From positions 104,404-153,734 of the forward strand of contig NW_008246098.1 of NCBI RefSeq assembly GCF_000281045.1: 49,331 bases of DNA. The letters are read 5' to 3'. Below are positions 35,913 through 47,589 of the stretch, piece by piece; position 1 is the first letter of the stretch; each line of letters opens with the position of its first letter. The notes under the pieces are model-generated. The model made no database searches and was not told the origin of the DNA. It saw only the letters and a list, made by a program, of their open reading frames with translations. Source of the DNA: Saprolegnia diclina VS20 (lineage: Eukaryota). The position numbers and the translations under genes were made by a program.

Positions 35913-36509
35913 CTATCGCTGAACCTGCGTGGACTCGAACCAGCGAAGCGCGCTTTCCCATGTCGAACCAAAGGCCTTGAGCTGCACGGCTCGTTCATCT
36001 TCCGTGTCGGTGTACGCAATGTGAACCTCGAGGCGGTCTCCAGGCACAAGGTCAGGCGTGAGTCGGTCAGGCCACTCAATCAAGTTAACACTCGACGCAA
36101 ACGCATCCTCGAGGCCCAAGGCCTTGGCATCAACAGGCGAGACGCTGTCGAGTCGATAGAGGTCCATGTGATACAGCGATCTACGAGCATCTCAGCACAG
36201 ACGACGTCAGAAAAGCATTGCGCACCGCGCCATGGCCGCGTCGTCGTAGGTGTTGAGAAGCAGATACGTCGGCGATGTGACGTGCATATCCGCGTCGTCC
36301 GTCCATGCGCGCACAAAGCCGCGGGCGAAGCACGTCTTGCCGCAGCCGAGGTCGCCGACGAGGAAGACGGTCGAAGGGCATGGCACGTGCGGCGCAAGGC
36401 CGGCACCAAAGGCCTCCATGGCCTCAGGGCTCGAGAGCTTGAGAGCTGGCGCATGGAGCCATCGCCGGCCACAAGCGGTCGCGCGACGTCGACCGAGCGC
36501 AAAAAACAT
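35913..36509 (-). CDS. tsaE: TsaE/YjeE-like ATPase, copy 2
   Basis: Duplicate of copy 1 with one extra Phe codon (MFFALGRRR). Confidence 0.88.
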
Positions 36510-37274
36510 CAACAGTCGGTTCAAGAAGCGGGCCTTTCTGTGGGTGTGGCCACAATCCGAGTCGTTTATGAAAACAGGTATACGGATGCAGCCCGTTGCA
36601 GTGTTTAAAACAGCGGCGTCAGGAACGGAGGCGACGTAACCTTCGTGTGTGCCAGTGACGACCCTGCGCACGGCTTGGTCAATTGCATCGCCAGAGCCTG
36701 CCTTGATCTCCTTGTTTAGTAAGGACACTCTTTGGTTTGCAAATATTATTTTTGCAGCTAAACTGTAGTGGGGTCAAGTTTGCTAACAGCGGCAAGCGAG
36801 GCAGCACCAGAAGAGATCATGCTATGGAAAGCAGTGCTGCTGCTGCCGCGACTACGCAATCGAAGCCTGCGGAATAGCTCTGAACGTGCCGATCGACCTC
36901 CGAGATCTAGTTTTGCGTCATGGACACACGAGATTTCGCCACGTGCTCGGGCGTTACGGTTGCCCGGACTCGCCCACCTGCAACTTGACCTATCGTCTCC
37001 GCATTGCGCCAAGCAAAGCCACGACACTCGTTGTATCGCTTGTACCTTGCGCCCTTGTGATGCTTGTAGTAGAGCGATGCTTTGCGGCCAACTGACTGTC
37101 CTTCAGGTGGCACGCAGCCAGGATGTTCGAAACATTCGAATCCGGTTTGTATAAAACGCGCCAGTGTCGGCTATTCGTGCCTGTTGACGGCGTCAAAATG
37201 GCGCAGCCAATGGCATCGCCGCAATGTAGCATTCAACTTCCTGCCTCGTCCACGTGGTGTGTCAACCGACTGCG

Positions 37275-39936
37275 ATGGAGAGCGAAGACTGGAGCTCCGT
37301 GGCCTCGGCCGTGCACGCAGCGCTGCCCGAAGGCGCCTACTCGCACCTGCACTGGGCCGCCACGGTCGACTTTGACCAGCGCGTCGTGCACGCGACGGCG
37401 ACGTACACCCTCGCGGTCGCGCCGACAAACGGCCTCGTCCCGCTCGAAGTCAACGGCCTCGCGATCCGCGCCGTGCGCATCAACGGCGCCGAGAGCGCGA
37501 CGCAGGTCGTCGCCAACCCCGTGCCTTCGGGCCACTCGATGCTGCTCATCAACCTCCCGCCCAACACACTCGCGCCCTTCACGTATGTCGTATCGATCTT
37601 CCACGTCCTCATCGGCACGTAGCATTGCCATTTCGTACTCGACGGCGCCCAACGGCCTCGCCTGCCACTGGCTCGACGATACCAAGAGCAGCGACGGTGG
37701 CACGTGGCTCGTCACGCAGTCGTACCCGTCGTACGCCTCGGCGCTGCTTCCGATTCCCGCTGCGCTCTGCATGAAGTACCCCTACACGGCCGAGATCACA
37801 ACCTTGTCCTCGACGATCGCTGTCGTGAGCGCGCCAACGCGAGGTCCGAACGCGTTTCCTCCTGTGCGTCTCAGTGTAGCTATGTAGGCGCCGCACCGAC
37901 GCTGGCCGAGAATGGCATGCAGACGTGGACGTATCGGCAGACATTGCCCGTGCCATCGCACGCCCTCGCGCTCGTCGTCGCGCCCATGGAGCTGTACGCC
38001 ACGTCTACCTCCCATCCGTAGGAGGCTCACGGAATGGAGTAGCTTCTCGCTCGCGCCGCAAATGTCGACTCTCTTTGCGACCGAAGACATTGAAATCGAA
38101 GCGACGTTCGACGCCGTGTCGCAGCTGCCGCTGCACCTCGAGGTACCCACGACAACGCTTCCATCCCTTGCGCTGACGAGCGTGGACGTAGCTCGCAGAG
38201 GCGCTCACGGGCCACGAGTTTGTCTGGTCGGAACTCAACATTGTGATTGTGCCCGCCGAGTTTTGCTTCCAGACGGCGCTCTACCCGTGTCTGGTCGTGA
38301 CGACCCAAACGTGTCTGAGTACGCACTCGACTCTGGTCACAACCGACGCTCACATCTGGTGTAGCGCGCTCGCTTCTCGTCGAAAGCGTTGCCCGACACT
38401 GGTTGTCGTTCCTCGCGCCGCACGAAACGTGGCACGACGTCTGGTACGATGACCAGGTTGTAGTCTAGATTGCGACGACAATTGTAGGCTGAGCGAAGGC
38501 TGGGCAAAGTACCTCTGGCTCGAACTCCTCAAGCAGCTGGACGGAAGCGAGGTCGAGACGACGGAGCTCGTTTGGTCGGGCTACAACCAGCTCTGCCACG
38601 CCTTCGACACCGAGTCGCCTGCCAACACGCGTCTGGTACGATTTTTCGTCTGCGAGTCGATCTGAACTGGAATTCTAGCGCATGGACCACCACTCGATGG
38701 ATCGCTTCAGCGTCATTGCCCGGGAGAAGGGCTACCTCTGCCTCCTCGCGCTGCAAGCCATGGTCGGGAAGGACACGTTTGACTTTTTTGTGTCGGCCTA
38801 CATTTCTGGTACGAACCTCCAAAACTAGAAATCAGAAACCAGAAACCAGAAACGAATATCTGACGTGCGAACTCAGGGTTTGAGACGGGCAGCGTCACGA
38901 GCGAAGAGTTCAAAATGTACTGCGAAGAGTACTTTACTCTGGTCGAGGACATTCCGCTCTCGATCGAGTGGGAGCACTGGTACCACGCACTCGGTACGCC
39001 ATCCCTCTCTCCGTGCCTCTCACACACACAAAAATCATCTAGTCGACCTGCCAACGCCCAGTAGCATTGCCCAGTGGCTCGGGCAGCCCGTGGACCCCGT
39101 ATTGACAATGGAGCTGAGCCAGGTCACGTACGACGAGCTCTCGGACGGGCAAAAGCGTCTCGTGCTCGAGAGTCTCTTCCTCAAGGGTTCATGCGACTTT
39201 AACGCAGTGAACGAGTGGTACTGAACCACCTCTGGCCTACGAGTCCAGGATACAAGCTCATTTGTAGGTCCCAGAACGAGTTTGCTTCGCAGCCGCAGTG
39301 GCATGCACTGTGGTATCGTCAACAAATGGTGTGCGAAGAGTCTTATTGGTGTGTAGGACACGCTTGCACATTCGTCACCGGGCGTGGAAGGTCGACGACC
39401 CAACGACGCTGCCGCGGCTGGTGACGTTTGTAAGCAGCCTTGTCAATGTCTACACCATTTGCGACGTCCTGGCCGAGGTTGAGACCATATTTGTCTCTTT
39501 CACCAAGTTGAGTGGCCATTAGATCCAAAACTACTACGGCATGAACGTGCTCATGGACGTCTGGGAAGGCTGCAAGGAAGCCAAGACGACGGGCGAGCCG
39601 TACCACCCTGTCGTGCTGCAGCGTGTGGCCGCTTTGGTGCGTAGTTATATTTCGATGGTATCCTATAGCCGAGTGTAGCTACCGCCCCCGTCGCCCGTTC
39701 TGGCCCCCGTTGCCCCACTGGAGCCCATTGACGACGGCAACGACGAGCCTGCGCCGCTTGAAAAGCTGGACCTTGACGCACCCGTCGTCGTTGCCGCCGC
39801 ACCCAAAGACCGGTCGCTCACCAAGCCCAAGCGGTTCAAGAAGGACACGGGTTCGGCGCAGTGGATGGCGGTCGCGCTTGGCGTCTGCGTCGTGGGCCTC
39901 GGCGTCGGCATCAACTGGCTCTCCAAGAAGCGCTAG
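37275..39936 (+). CDS. M1 aminopeptidase / leukotriene A4 hydrolase-like protein, probably non-catalytic, C-terminal TM anchor, multi-exon
   Basis: LTA4H-like N-domain (HLHWAATVDFDQRVVHATATY, WLVTQSYPSYASALLP, KYPYTAEIT, YRQTLPVPSHALALVV); catalytic-region frame FVWSELNIVIVPAEF..YPCL..TWHDVWLSEGWAKYL; last exon ends WMAVALGVCVVGLGVGINWLSKKR*. Confidence 0.8.
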
Positions 39937-40067
39937 TTGCGTCATGTAACCAACCATAATGTCATAGATCGTCCCCATACAGGCTGCATTTGCATGCATT
40001 AACTCTCAGGCGAGCGCATCGGGGATTACGCAGTGGTGATTCAAGTTATCGCTCGTCCAAGGTTTCT

Positions 40068-40418
40068 TTACGGACCAGTCGTGGGCGGGGCGTTGGCGAC
40101 AAGGCGCTGGAGGTCGTCGAGACGCCGCTTCAGCTCGCGGTTGTCGTCGCGCAGCTCCTGTTGCCAATCGCGACGACTCGCGTCGCTTGCCGACGACGAC
40201 GACGATCCGATATAGTACCCGCCGGCAAACGTAGCAATCGCAAAGATGGCGCCGCCGCCGCAGCCCCGGGAGTGGCCCCAGTAGCGCTGCCATTGCTGCT
40301 GCTGCTTGCGGCCGTACAACTCCTTGGCGTCGGCGGTGGCATCCGTTGTGAGACGACGGCCGTTAGCGTGGACCGTGCGGCGCCCGTGGCGAGCAGCGTG
40401 GCGGAAGACAGAGCTCAT
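40068..40418 (-). CDS. Small hypothetical protein, likely mitochondrial single-pass membrane protein with coiled coil
   Basis: Arg-rich, acid-free N-terminus MSSVFRHAARHGRRTVHANGRRLTT; hydrophobic GAIFAIATFAGGYYIG; coiled coil WQQELRDDNRELKRRLDDLQRLV; supported by a homologous copy at 42212. Confidence 0.65.
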   Translation of the reverse strand: MSSVFRHAARHGRRTVHANGRRLTTDATADAKELYGRKQQQQWQRYWGHSRGCGGGAIFAIATFAGGYYIGSSSSSASDASRRDWQQELRDDNRELKRRLDDLQRLVANAPPTTGP

Positions 40419-42211
40419 GGTTGTGGTCAAGGCAAGTTGGGAAATGATGGCAGGACATTTGGAGTGCGGTTATGTCGAATGAAGGTCGTGGAGCCAAAAG
40501 ACCATCATTCTCAATCCGACACTCGGCGTGGCGAGTCCATCGGTCCAAATTGGCTCGGAAGCGCTGCCATTGATTGGTGGCTTGCCTTGTTTCGTCTGGT
40601 GCTTGCTCAACCGAGCATTCGAGTAATCAACGAGCTTGCTATTTTATTTGAGAGCAAGGGGAGCACAAGCCTGAGCTGCAGGTCAGGTCGACCCTGGGTC
40701 GGTCCATCTGGCAGTTCCGTTGCTCTCGTCGAATCGACTTCGACTTCAGCACACTCACCATGCATTATGGTGTGCGCAATGGTGAAACAGGGACTGTATG
40801 CCTCATAACGTTAGGGTCTCATTGCCGGTGCCAACCGAGAGCAACGCGGGAGCTCAGTGGCCGTCAACGGAATGCAATTCCGTTTTCTAGTGCATGCAGC
40901 GCTGCCCGAAGGCGCCTACTCGCACTTGCAGCTGTCAGGCACGGTCGTCTATGAAAGGCAAACCTAATGGCAACGGCTGTGCGTAAAATCGGCGCCGAGC
41001 GCGTGACGCAGGTTGCCGCCATTCTCTCGCGTCGTTGGGCAAGGCCAGAACTAGATTAACATGGCGACGATTTGTGAGTTGTCCAAGTTGAAGTCGAGTC
41101 TGCTGCGTGTTACCGGAGATGCGACTGCCAATGGGGTCGCGTTCACACAAAGCAAGGGTCCATAAACAGTGGACCCTTGTCCAAAGCTATCCGTCTTTTG
41201 GTTCTCTGGTCTACTGTTCGAGGAGCTACGGCATACGTGGTTGACCTCGCTCATCCAGAGTCACATTAGTGGAGAGGCTGGTGTAAAGTCGGAGCACCTC
41301 GCCGCCGTCGGGGCCGGCAGTGTAGCCGACGTCGGATGTCAGACGGCTACACTGCCGGTCCGACCCAGGGTGCTGGTACCGCTGCTGTTCGACACAGACA
41401 GGTCATATTATTTGCCTTGCGAAGGCTGTTTCCTGGAAGTCAAAGTGTTTTCCGCAAAGGGCCCTGCGATCTGGACGACCAAATCTGGAAGCAGAGAAGG
41501 ACCAAAGATCACGGCGCAGAGGATGCTTGCGTCCCGGTCAAGAAGAGAACCCGCCTCGTCCGCCGTGGCACCAACACTAGGGTTGCCCCAGTACCAGTAG
41601 TTTAGTCTTGAAAGAGGTGCTTGGCTTTCAGTGCATGTCGAACGACTACTTGGAATTTCACCGCCAGAAACGATACCTTCCGGCTCGGACGCAGAAACGC
41701 AGTGGTGAGACTGCGGCGATAGTCGCGCATAAAAGCGAAGGCGCAGTTGACACATTGCGAGGAGGCACGGCAAACTGCACCAACAATACTAAAGTACTCA
41801 TGGTCGTTGCCGCCCAGCTAACGCTACTCGTAGCCCTATGGCTTATCGCCCTATGAAGCTCCGTCAGCGGCAACGTGAATGAAAGAAGATTCTGAAGAAA
41901 GCGACCGACTTGCAATGTTGAACTGTCGACGTGTCTTTGTCGCTTGCAAAGCAAGTAGGTTCCGGTGGCGTCGCTGTGGGTACGCGCCCAGTAGTAACGA
42001 CTTGTAACCAGTACGAGAGCGACATCCTGTCGTGGGATATGCGCCGGTTCTATGGTTTCCACCGTCCTGCGTGTCAAGCTTATTCCGTTGGTGGTGTGCA
42101 GGGAACATGCACCACGAATGCTGGTCCGTCATCCAGGTTTTGTCCCAACAAGTTTGCCAGTTTCCAATTTGCCTCGTTGAATCACCTCAACCGACTGCGA
42201 TGCACGCACCC

Positions 42212-42494
42212 ATGAACTCGACGGTTCGCCACGCCGCCCGCCACTGGCGCCGCAGCGCTGTCAACGGCCGCAGCCTCACAAATGACGGTACCGCCGCCGA
42301 CACCAAGCACGTCAGCGACCCTGCTCAGCACGGACACAACCGAGGAAGCGTCTTGGTGCTAACTGCGGGTACATTTATCGGTGGGCACTACTTCGGGTCG
42401 TCCAGCGCGTTGAGCCATCGCGACTGATATCCAGCGACAACCGCCGCGAGACCGACACCTCGACGACTTCCACCTACGTGCGACCACCCTGTAA
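42212..42494 (+). pseudogene. Degenerate inverted copy of the 40068-40418 gene
   Basis: MNSTVRHAARHWRRSAVNGRSLTND..GTFIGGHYFGSSS..HRD then TGA where the intact gene has TGG (RRDW); similarity (GACAACCGC, CTCGACGAC) continues past the stop with indels. Confidence 0.75.
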
Positions 42495-42872
42495 ATCGAT
42501 GTCCTTATCTAAATCTATAACCCAAATTCACTAATTGTAATACCGTCACCCACACGTTCAGATCTGGTTCGTTTCGAAAACTCTGAATCAAGGTCAAAGG
42601 TGTTGCAACGAGCTAACGGCACTGCACTGTCGTGCTTGATGAATCGGACGCGTGCCTCGAGTCCACATTGAACTTGCACCTTCCTATCTATGCAGCGCCG
42701 GTCCGCGTCCATGCAGCCGTTCGAGCGTCCTGGCGAGCTTCAGAATTGGCTACCGCGCATGTGATTGGTCAAAACCACACGCCTTCTGCCAATGGCCATC
42801 GGCGGCATATGACGTGGCGCCCGCAGCGCGCTTGTCGTAAAATAGAAACAGGGTTTATTACACGTCAAGGTC

Positions 42873-44066
42873 TTAGCACCAGCCATCTTCATCGCGGCCG
42901 TCTCGCTTTGGGTACTCGAGTTCGCAGCAAAAGTGCATCATGTCGGCCAGCGTGAAGAGCGTATCGCCCTTGCCCACGGTGGCATTGATGACGTCGAGGA
43001 GCGGCTGCAAGTCGGCGTTCTGGGGCACAAACGGCACGCGCTCCAGCTCGACTTGGATATCTTCATCGTCGTCGTCTCGGTCGCTGCAGCTGTGCGGGTC
43101 GTTCTCTCCTTCGTCGTCCGTCAGCGGGCTTGTCGGTGACGCCAGCCCGTCCTTGGTATACTCATCGCTATCAACATTATTGTCGTGCTGCTGCATCGTC
43201 TCTTCGTGCGGCGCTGGCACCGCGTCGCGTGTCCAGTTGTGGTGGCCAAGGGTCCGCCACATGGAAATGTCGTGGGCGCCCAGCGCAAAGACTTCGACGC
43301 ACGGGCTCTCGCGGTACTTGAGGTACGTGAGGCTCTTGGTGCAGAACGCGTGGAGCTTGACGTGGGCCGGCCGCAGGTCGCAGGTCGCGTACCCGTTCGA
43401 GACGCGAATGACCCATTCTTCGTAGCTCTCGACGGCAAAGTACATGTGCCGGACCATCGGCGCCATGCTGAACGTGATGTGCTTCTTCCCATCGTCCTCT
43501 TCCGAGATTGCGTCGAGCGGCGGCGACGAGATTGACGTCGTCGTGTCGTAAAACTCGAGCGTCGACGATGACGATGACGATGACGATGTTGACGACTTTT
43601 GGTGCTTCTCGCCGTGCACGGTCTCGATGATGACGCTCGGGACGATGACGCCCGTGTCGTCGTCGCTGTCCGTGTCCGTATGCAATGACGCGTCGTCGGC
43701 GGACCGGCGCCGCGTCCACGTGAGCCGCGCGCGTATCCGCTGCTGGAGACCGTTGACGACGGCCCAGCGCGTGCCTTTCGAGAGGTGCGTGTCGAGCGAG
43801 AACGACCGCGTCGGTCGCGTCGGTGTGCCTGGCGGCGACGGCGGCGTCGGCGACTGGAAGGCCGCGTGCGTCATGACGGGCGAGACCATGACAAGGCCTT
43901 CGGGCAGCGGGTGCGCTTCGTCGAGGATGTGGTCAAACCACTCGGACGACGGCGTATCCCCGACGGACGCGGACGTCGACCGGCGCTGGAACACGCGGAT
44001 CGGCGTGTAGCTGGGCAGCTCAAAGAGCTTGTGCATGATGTACTCCTTCATCTTGGTGGACGGCAT
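42873..44066 (-). CDS. Hypothetical protein, 397 aa, intronless
   Basis: Long ATG-started ORF with strong GC3 bias, Ser/Pro-rich N-half and acidic C-terminus; no family recognised. Confidence 0.75.
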   Translation of the reverse strand: MPSTKMKEYIMHKLFELPSYTPIRVFQRRSTSASVGDTPSSEWFDHILDEAHPLPEGLVMVSPVMTHAAFQSPTPPSPPGTPTRPTRSFSLDTHLSKGTRWAVVNGLQQRIRARLTWTRRRSADDASLHTDTDSDDDTGVIVPSVIIETVHGEKHQKSSTSSSSSSSSTLEFYDTTTSISSPPLDAISEEDDGKKHITFSMAPMVRHMYFAVESYEEWVIRVSNGYATCDLRPAHVKLHAFCTKSLTYLKYRESPCVEVFALGAHDISMWRTLGHHNWTRDAVPAPHEETMQQHDNNVDSDEYTKDGLASPTSPLTDDEGENDPHSCSDRDDDDEDIQVELERVPFVPQNADLQPLLDVINATVGKGDTLFTLADMMHFCCELEYPKRDGRDEDGWC

Positions 44067-44660
44067 GGAGGGGCGGCGCCCGGCGACCGACGTCGTTCGT
44101 CTCTCGCGACGCTGGGATTGCGCTCGCGACCACGTGGTTCCACAGGTGGCGACAACGGCCTTGTGCCAATTGCGTCCGTGCCTCTGCCAGACTTCGAACT
44201 TCGACAGCCGGGCTAGTCACACGCAACTTTCGTGCGGTGCGCCAACCAACGAGCTGCCGTCGACGGAGCACGATGTGTCAATAATGGACCGATCGCACAA
44301 CTGCGCACTCTATTATTGTCAGCGGATGGTATGAGTTCAGAAGCATCCCTAACGGTGCAGGCGTTGTGGGCGCCCTACCTGGACGCTGGGAACGCTATCA
44401 GAGCACCGGAAAAAGCCCACTCGAATCATTTGCAGTTTGATCGCAGAGATGCCGTCTGCACTGCACGAAAGTTGACGTTTGGAGCCCTCTATTTGTCCTA
44501 GGCGTTACGACGTCACCCTGTTTTGTCCAAATCTGTTGAAACGCCCCCGAGTTCGAACTTCGGTTTGAAGAGCCGAGCGATGCGTCTGAGGTTTGATGCA
44601 GTCGGCCTCACTTTGCCGAATGCGACGATTCGAACGCTGTGCGGTTGTGGTAGAGACGGA

Positions 44661-44750
44661 CTAGAATGACTAGAATGACTAGAATGACTAGAATGACTAG
44701 AATGACCAGAACGACTACAAATTGTAGAATGATTGGAATGACTAGAATGT
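44661..44750 (+). repeat. 9-bp tandem repeat (CTAGAATGA) x5 plus about 5 degenerate units
   Basis: Perfect units at 44661-44705, followed by CCAGAACGA, CTACAAATT, GTAGAATGA, TTGGAATGA, CTAGAATGT. Confidence 0.9.
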
Positions 44751-44946
44751 GGCAGTTTGGTGAGTTCAGTGAAGACCAGTCGTGTCTTGCCGACCTACGC
44801 TGCGTGAAGGCTACTTTGCACGGGGGTGACATGGGCGGACGCGTGCCAGTTCACTCTCCCCAAATCAACGCATTCGACAAAAGCAAGTTCAAGCATTTAA
44901 GACACAAATTGTATTGGGAACATCAAAATCGCTCCTTTTCGAGCGC

Positions 44947-46251
44947 TTACGGATCGACACCAAAGTCATCGTCCGTCGGGGACGGCGTCTTGGGGCGCGT
45001 CGTGCGCGGTCGCTTCGTCGGGCGCTGCGTTGGGCGCTTGGTTGGCGCCGGCGTCGGGTCCTCCGAAGGCTCGTCCGACGGGTCCTCGGTCGGCTTCTCC
45101 GAAGGCTTGGTAGTTGGCTTGGTCGTCGGCTTGGTCGATGGCTTGGGGGTAGGGCCGCTGGTTGGCTTGCTCGTCGGACCGTCTGTCGGCTTGCTCGTCG
45201 GGCCCGCCGTGATCTTGGGGTACGCCGGCTCTTCGGCCACGTTGCACATGCCCTTGCCACCGACACCGCGCTGGAGCTTGATGTAGCCCTTCTCGCCCCA
45301 GTTGGCACCCCACGAGTTGCGGATCTTAAAAAAGTCCTTGCCGTTCTCCGAGCCGTACCCGACCGCAATCACGGCGTGGTCCGACTGCGCGCCCGGGCAC
45401 TGCGACACCACGCCGCCCTTGTAGTACTGCCACACGTCGTTGCCAGCCTCGACGGCAACAGCCACCGGCTGCGTCTTGAGCGCCGTCTCGAGCGGTCCCT
45501 CGCCCTTGATGTTGACAGTCGCGCCAATCGCGAGCTTCTGCTTGGTGCACGACGACTTGCACGAGCCGGTTTGGCCCGACGAGCCGGACGTGTACGGGTA
45601 GTCCTTGGAGAGACAGAGGCCGCCGTTGTCGTGGATCCACGTGATGGCGCGGTCTTCGAGGCCGCCGTCGCAGCCGTTGCCAGCGCTCGAGGCGCAGCTC
45701 GTGGTCTGCTGGTCCGAGAGGTCGAGGAGCGTCCCAGTCGCAATGCAGTGCGCCGACTCGACAGTGCCGGTGCCTGAGAAGGCCCAGCACGACCCGCAGC
45801 TGCCCTGGCTCTTGACGGGGTTGACGCACTTGGAGTCGGCGGTCCAGTCCACACTGCCAGTGGCCGACGCGGCGCCGACGCTGGCCCAGTCGACCTTTTC
45901 GGCTCGGAGCGCGCGCTTGCCGCGCTTGAACGACTTCATGACGTAGTGCTTGAACTCGTCCTTGGTGAGGAGCGCGAGCGGCGAGAGGTGGGTGAAGGAG
46001 GCGTCCGGGTTCTCCTTGGCGAGCTCGGGCACGCGCTGCTTGGCGGCCTTCATGCGGACGAGGAGCTCGTCGTTGGACTCGCCAATGGTGAGGCCTTCGA
46101 GGGGCGGGAGGAAGCCCTCGGTGAGCGCCTCTTGGCCAAAGAGAGCCTGCCACTCCTTCAAGTCGGCCGTGAGCTCCTTGCGCTCGGCGGGTGTGAGGTC
46201 GGCGCTGGCAGCCACCGCAGCCAAGGTCGCGAGAAGGTAAGCGGTGCGCAT
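44947..46251 (-). CDS. Secreted papain-like cysteine protease (C1A) with Pro/Thr/Lys-rich tail
   Basis: Signal peptide MRTAYLLATLAAVAASA, propeptide, QGSCGSCWAF (Cys), GCDGG, DHAVIAVGYG (His), IRNSWGANWGEKGY (Asn); PTxK repeats at the C-terminus. Confidence 0.95.
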   Translation of the reverse strand: MRTAYLLATLAAVAASADLTPAERKELTADLKEWQALFGQEALTEGFLPPLEGLTIGESNDELLVRMKAAKQRVPELAKENPDASFTHLSPLALLTKDEFKHYVMKSFKRGKRALRAEKVDWASVGAASATGSVDWTADSKCVNPVKSQGSCGSCWAFSGTGTVESAHCIATGTLLDLSDQQTTSCASSAGNGCDGGLEDRAITWIHDNGGLCLSKDYPYTSGSSGQTGSCKSSCTKQKLAIGATVNIKGEGPLETALKTQPVAVAVEAGNDVWQYYKGGVVSQCPGAQSDHAVIAVGYGSENGKDFFKIRNSWGANWGEKGYIKLQRGVGGKGMCNVAEEPAYPKITAGPTSKPTDGPTSKPTSGPTPKPSTKPTTKPTTKPSEKPTEDPSDEPSEDPTPAPTKRPTQRPTKRPRTTRPKTPSPTDDDFGVDP

Positions 46252-47589
46252 GGTGTGAGGAAGACGGGAAAAGGAAAAGTGAGAATGGGAAGGACACGAG
46301 CCGCCTAGAATTGCGTGCACAGACCAACTGGCTGCTGTTTTTGAGGCAAAGAAGGAGCTGGGGTCATGCAAGGTCGCACTGATGCGCTGGAATTGACATG
46401 GGGCAGAGCCACACGATCGCTGATAGTATTTTCGATACGCTAGGACTAGGGCAGGCCTCGTTCTTCGAATACGTTACATCTGCATCTGAGTTGGAATCGG
46501 AGTGTGTGGGGTGGAGAGAGCAGGGGGGGCCCGGTTACCGGACTCACCCTGAGTTGGTGCTTCTGCAGTGCTGTCTTCTTCTCGGAAGGGTGCTCGGAAG
46601 GGCTGGTGGAGTCTCATTTGCCGCGACAAATGAAAGTCGGCTGTTTCCTGCGTCCTGACGCACTTTGCCGTTTCAAAAAACCACACGACGTGCTGCAAAG
46701 CAAAGGTGTAGCAACAGCGCCGACGAACGCTGATCCTTTTTAGGAAAATATTGACCAAGCCGTGCTGAATGAAGCGCCGTCGTCCGATGATTTCGTCTCT
46801 GACGTACAGGATCGGATTCCCCGAAAACAGTTCTACAGGCACCGAAATCCCTATCTAAGAAAGCTTTCTGCATTTTGTAGAGCGGTTGTCGCGTTTGCTG
46901 CTAGCAACGACCTCGCCGCTGTCGACGAGCGCCAAACCGAGCCTTTTTGGGTGAGAAGACAGATAGATTATGCACTGTAGCTAAGTGTGAAAGGAAGTTG
47001 GACGACCTCTGACTTTTGACACTGATTACTCTCAGTCTGAGCCTCAGTTCCCACGATACCGCATCCTGCCTTGATGTCTGTCGACACGATGCAACGCGGC
47101 GAGCACAAGTCAACGCATTGCTCTCATACACACTCTCGGTCGTTACCCGATTGCGATAGCGACACTGCTGGCGACAACGACAGCACCGGTGCCGTCGCCT
47201 TCCGATGCACACGATGCAACCCAGGCACTGGATTCACAACCAAGTGGTGCCCAAGTCCGTGTGAAGGAAGGTAAATCGACGTCCACACGTTGAGAAGGAA
47301 CGTAGGTAGAAGCTACCTCTACAGTGGTGCAACGGCAATGTTCACGAGACAAGTTTTGTTCTAAGAAACGTGCGGTCAACAAGGGATCACAGTTGGAATC
47401 GCATTTCCCATCTGACGCAGGATATGAGTCTGATTTGCGCCGCGTCACGACCTCAGAGTGACACACACGACTGGCGATCTCGTTCAGCAAGCCATTGAAT
47501 CATTTAAATGGCTTATATATAATCGTTTGACACGTGACAAAACTCCAACACCTACTATACATGCTATGTCTACATTGTTTCGGCTGCCA

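Larger units (their letters stand above)
33427..37430 (+). repeat. 4 kb direct duplication, copy 2 (starts at gap)
   Basis: Near-identical to 29326-33326. Confidence 0.97.

Noticed and set aside
31812..36509. TsaE as a sign of bacterial contamination
   Set aside because: It has a spliceosomal intron and lies between intron-containing eukaryotic genes.
38827..38853. Short AGAAACC repeats
   Set aside because: Simple slippage repeat in an intron of the M1-like gene.
43562..43590. (GACGAT)n repeat
   Set aside because: Encodes a poly-Ser run within the 397-aa protein.
44666..44750. MTR-repeat peptide, or CRISPR-like/telomeric array
   Set aside because: Translation artefact of a 9-bp minisatellite; no spacers and not a TTTAGGG-type repeat.
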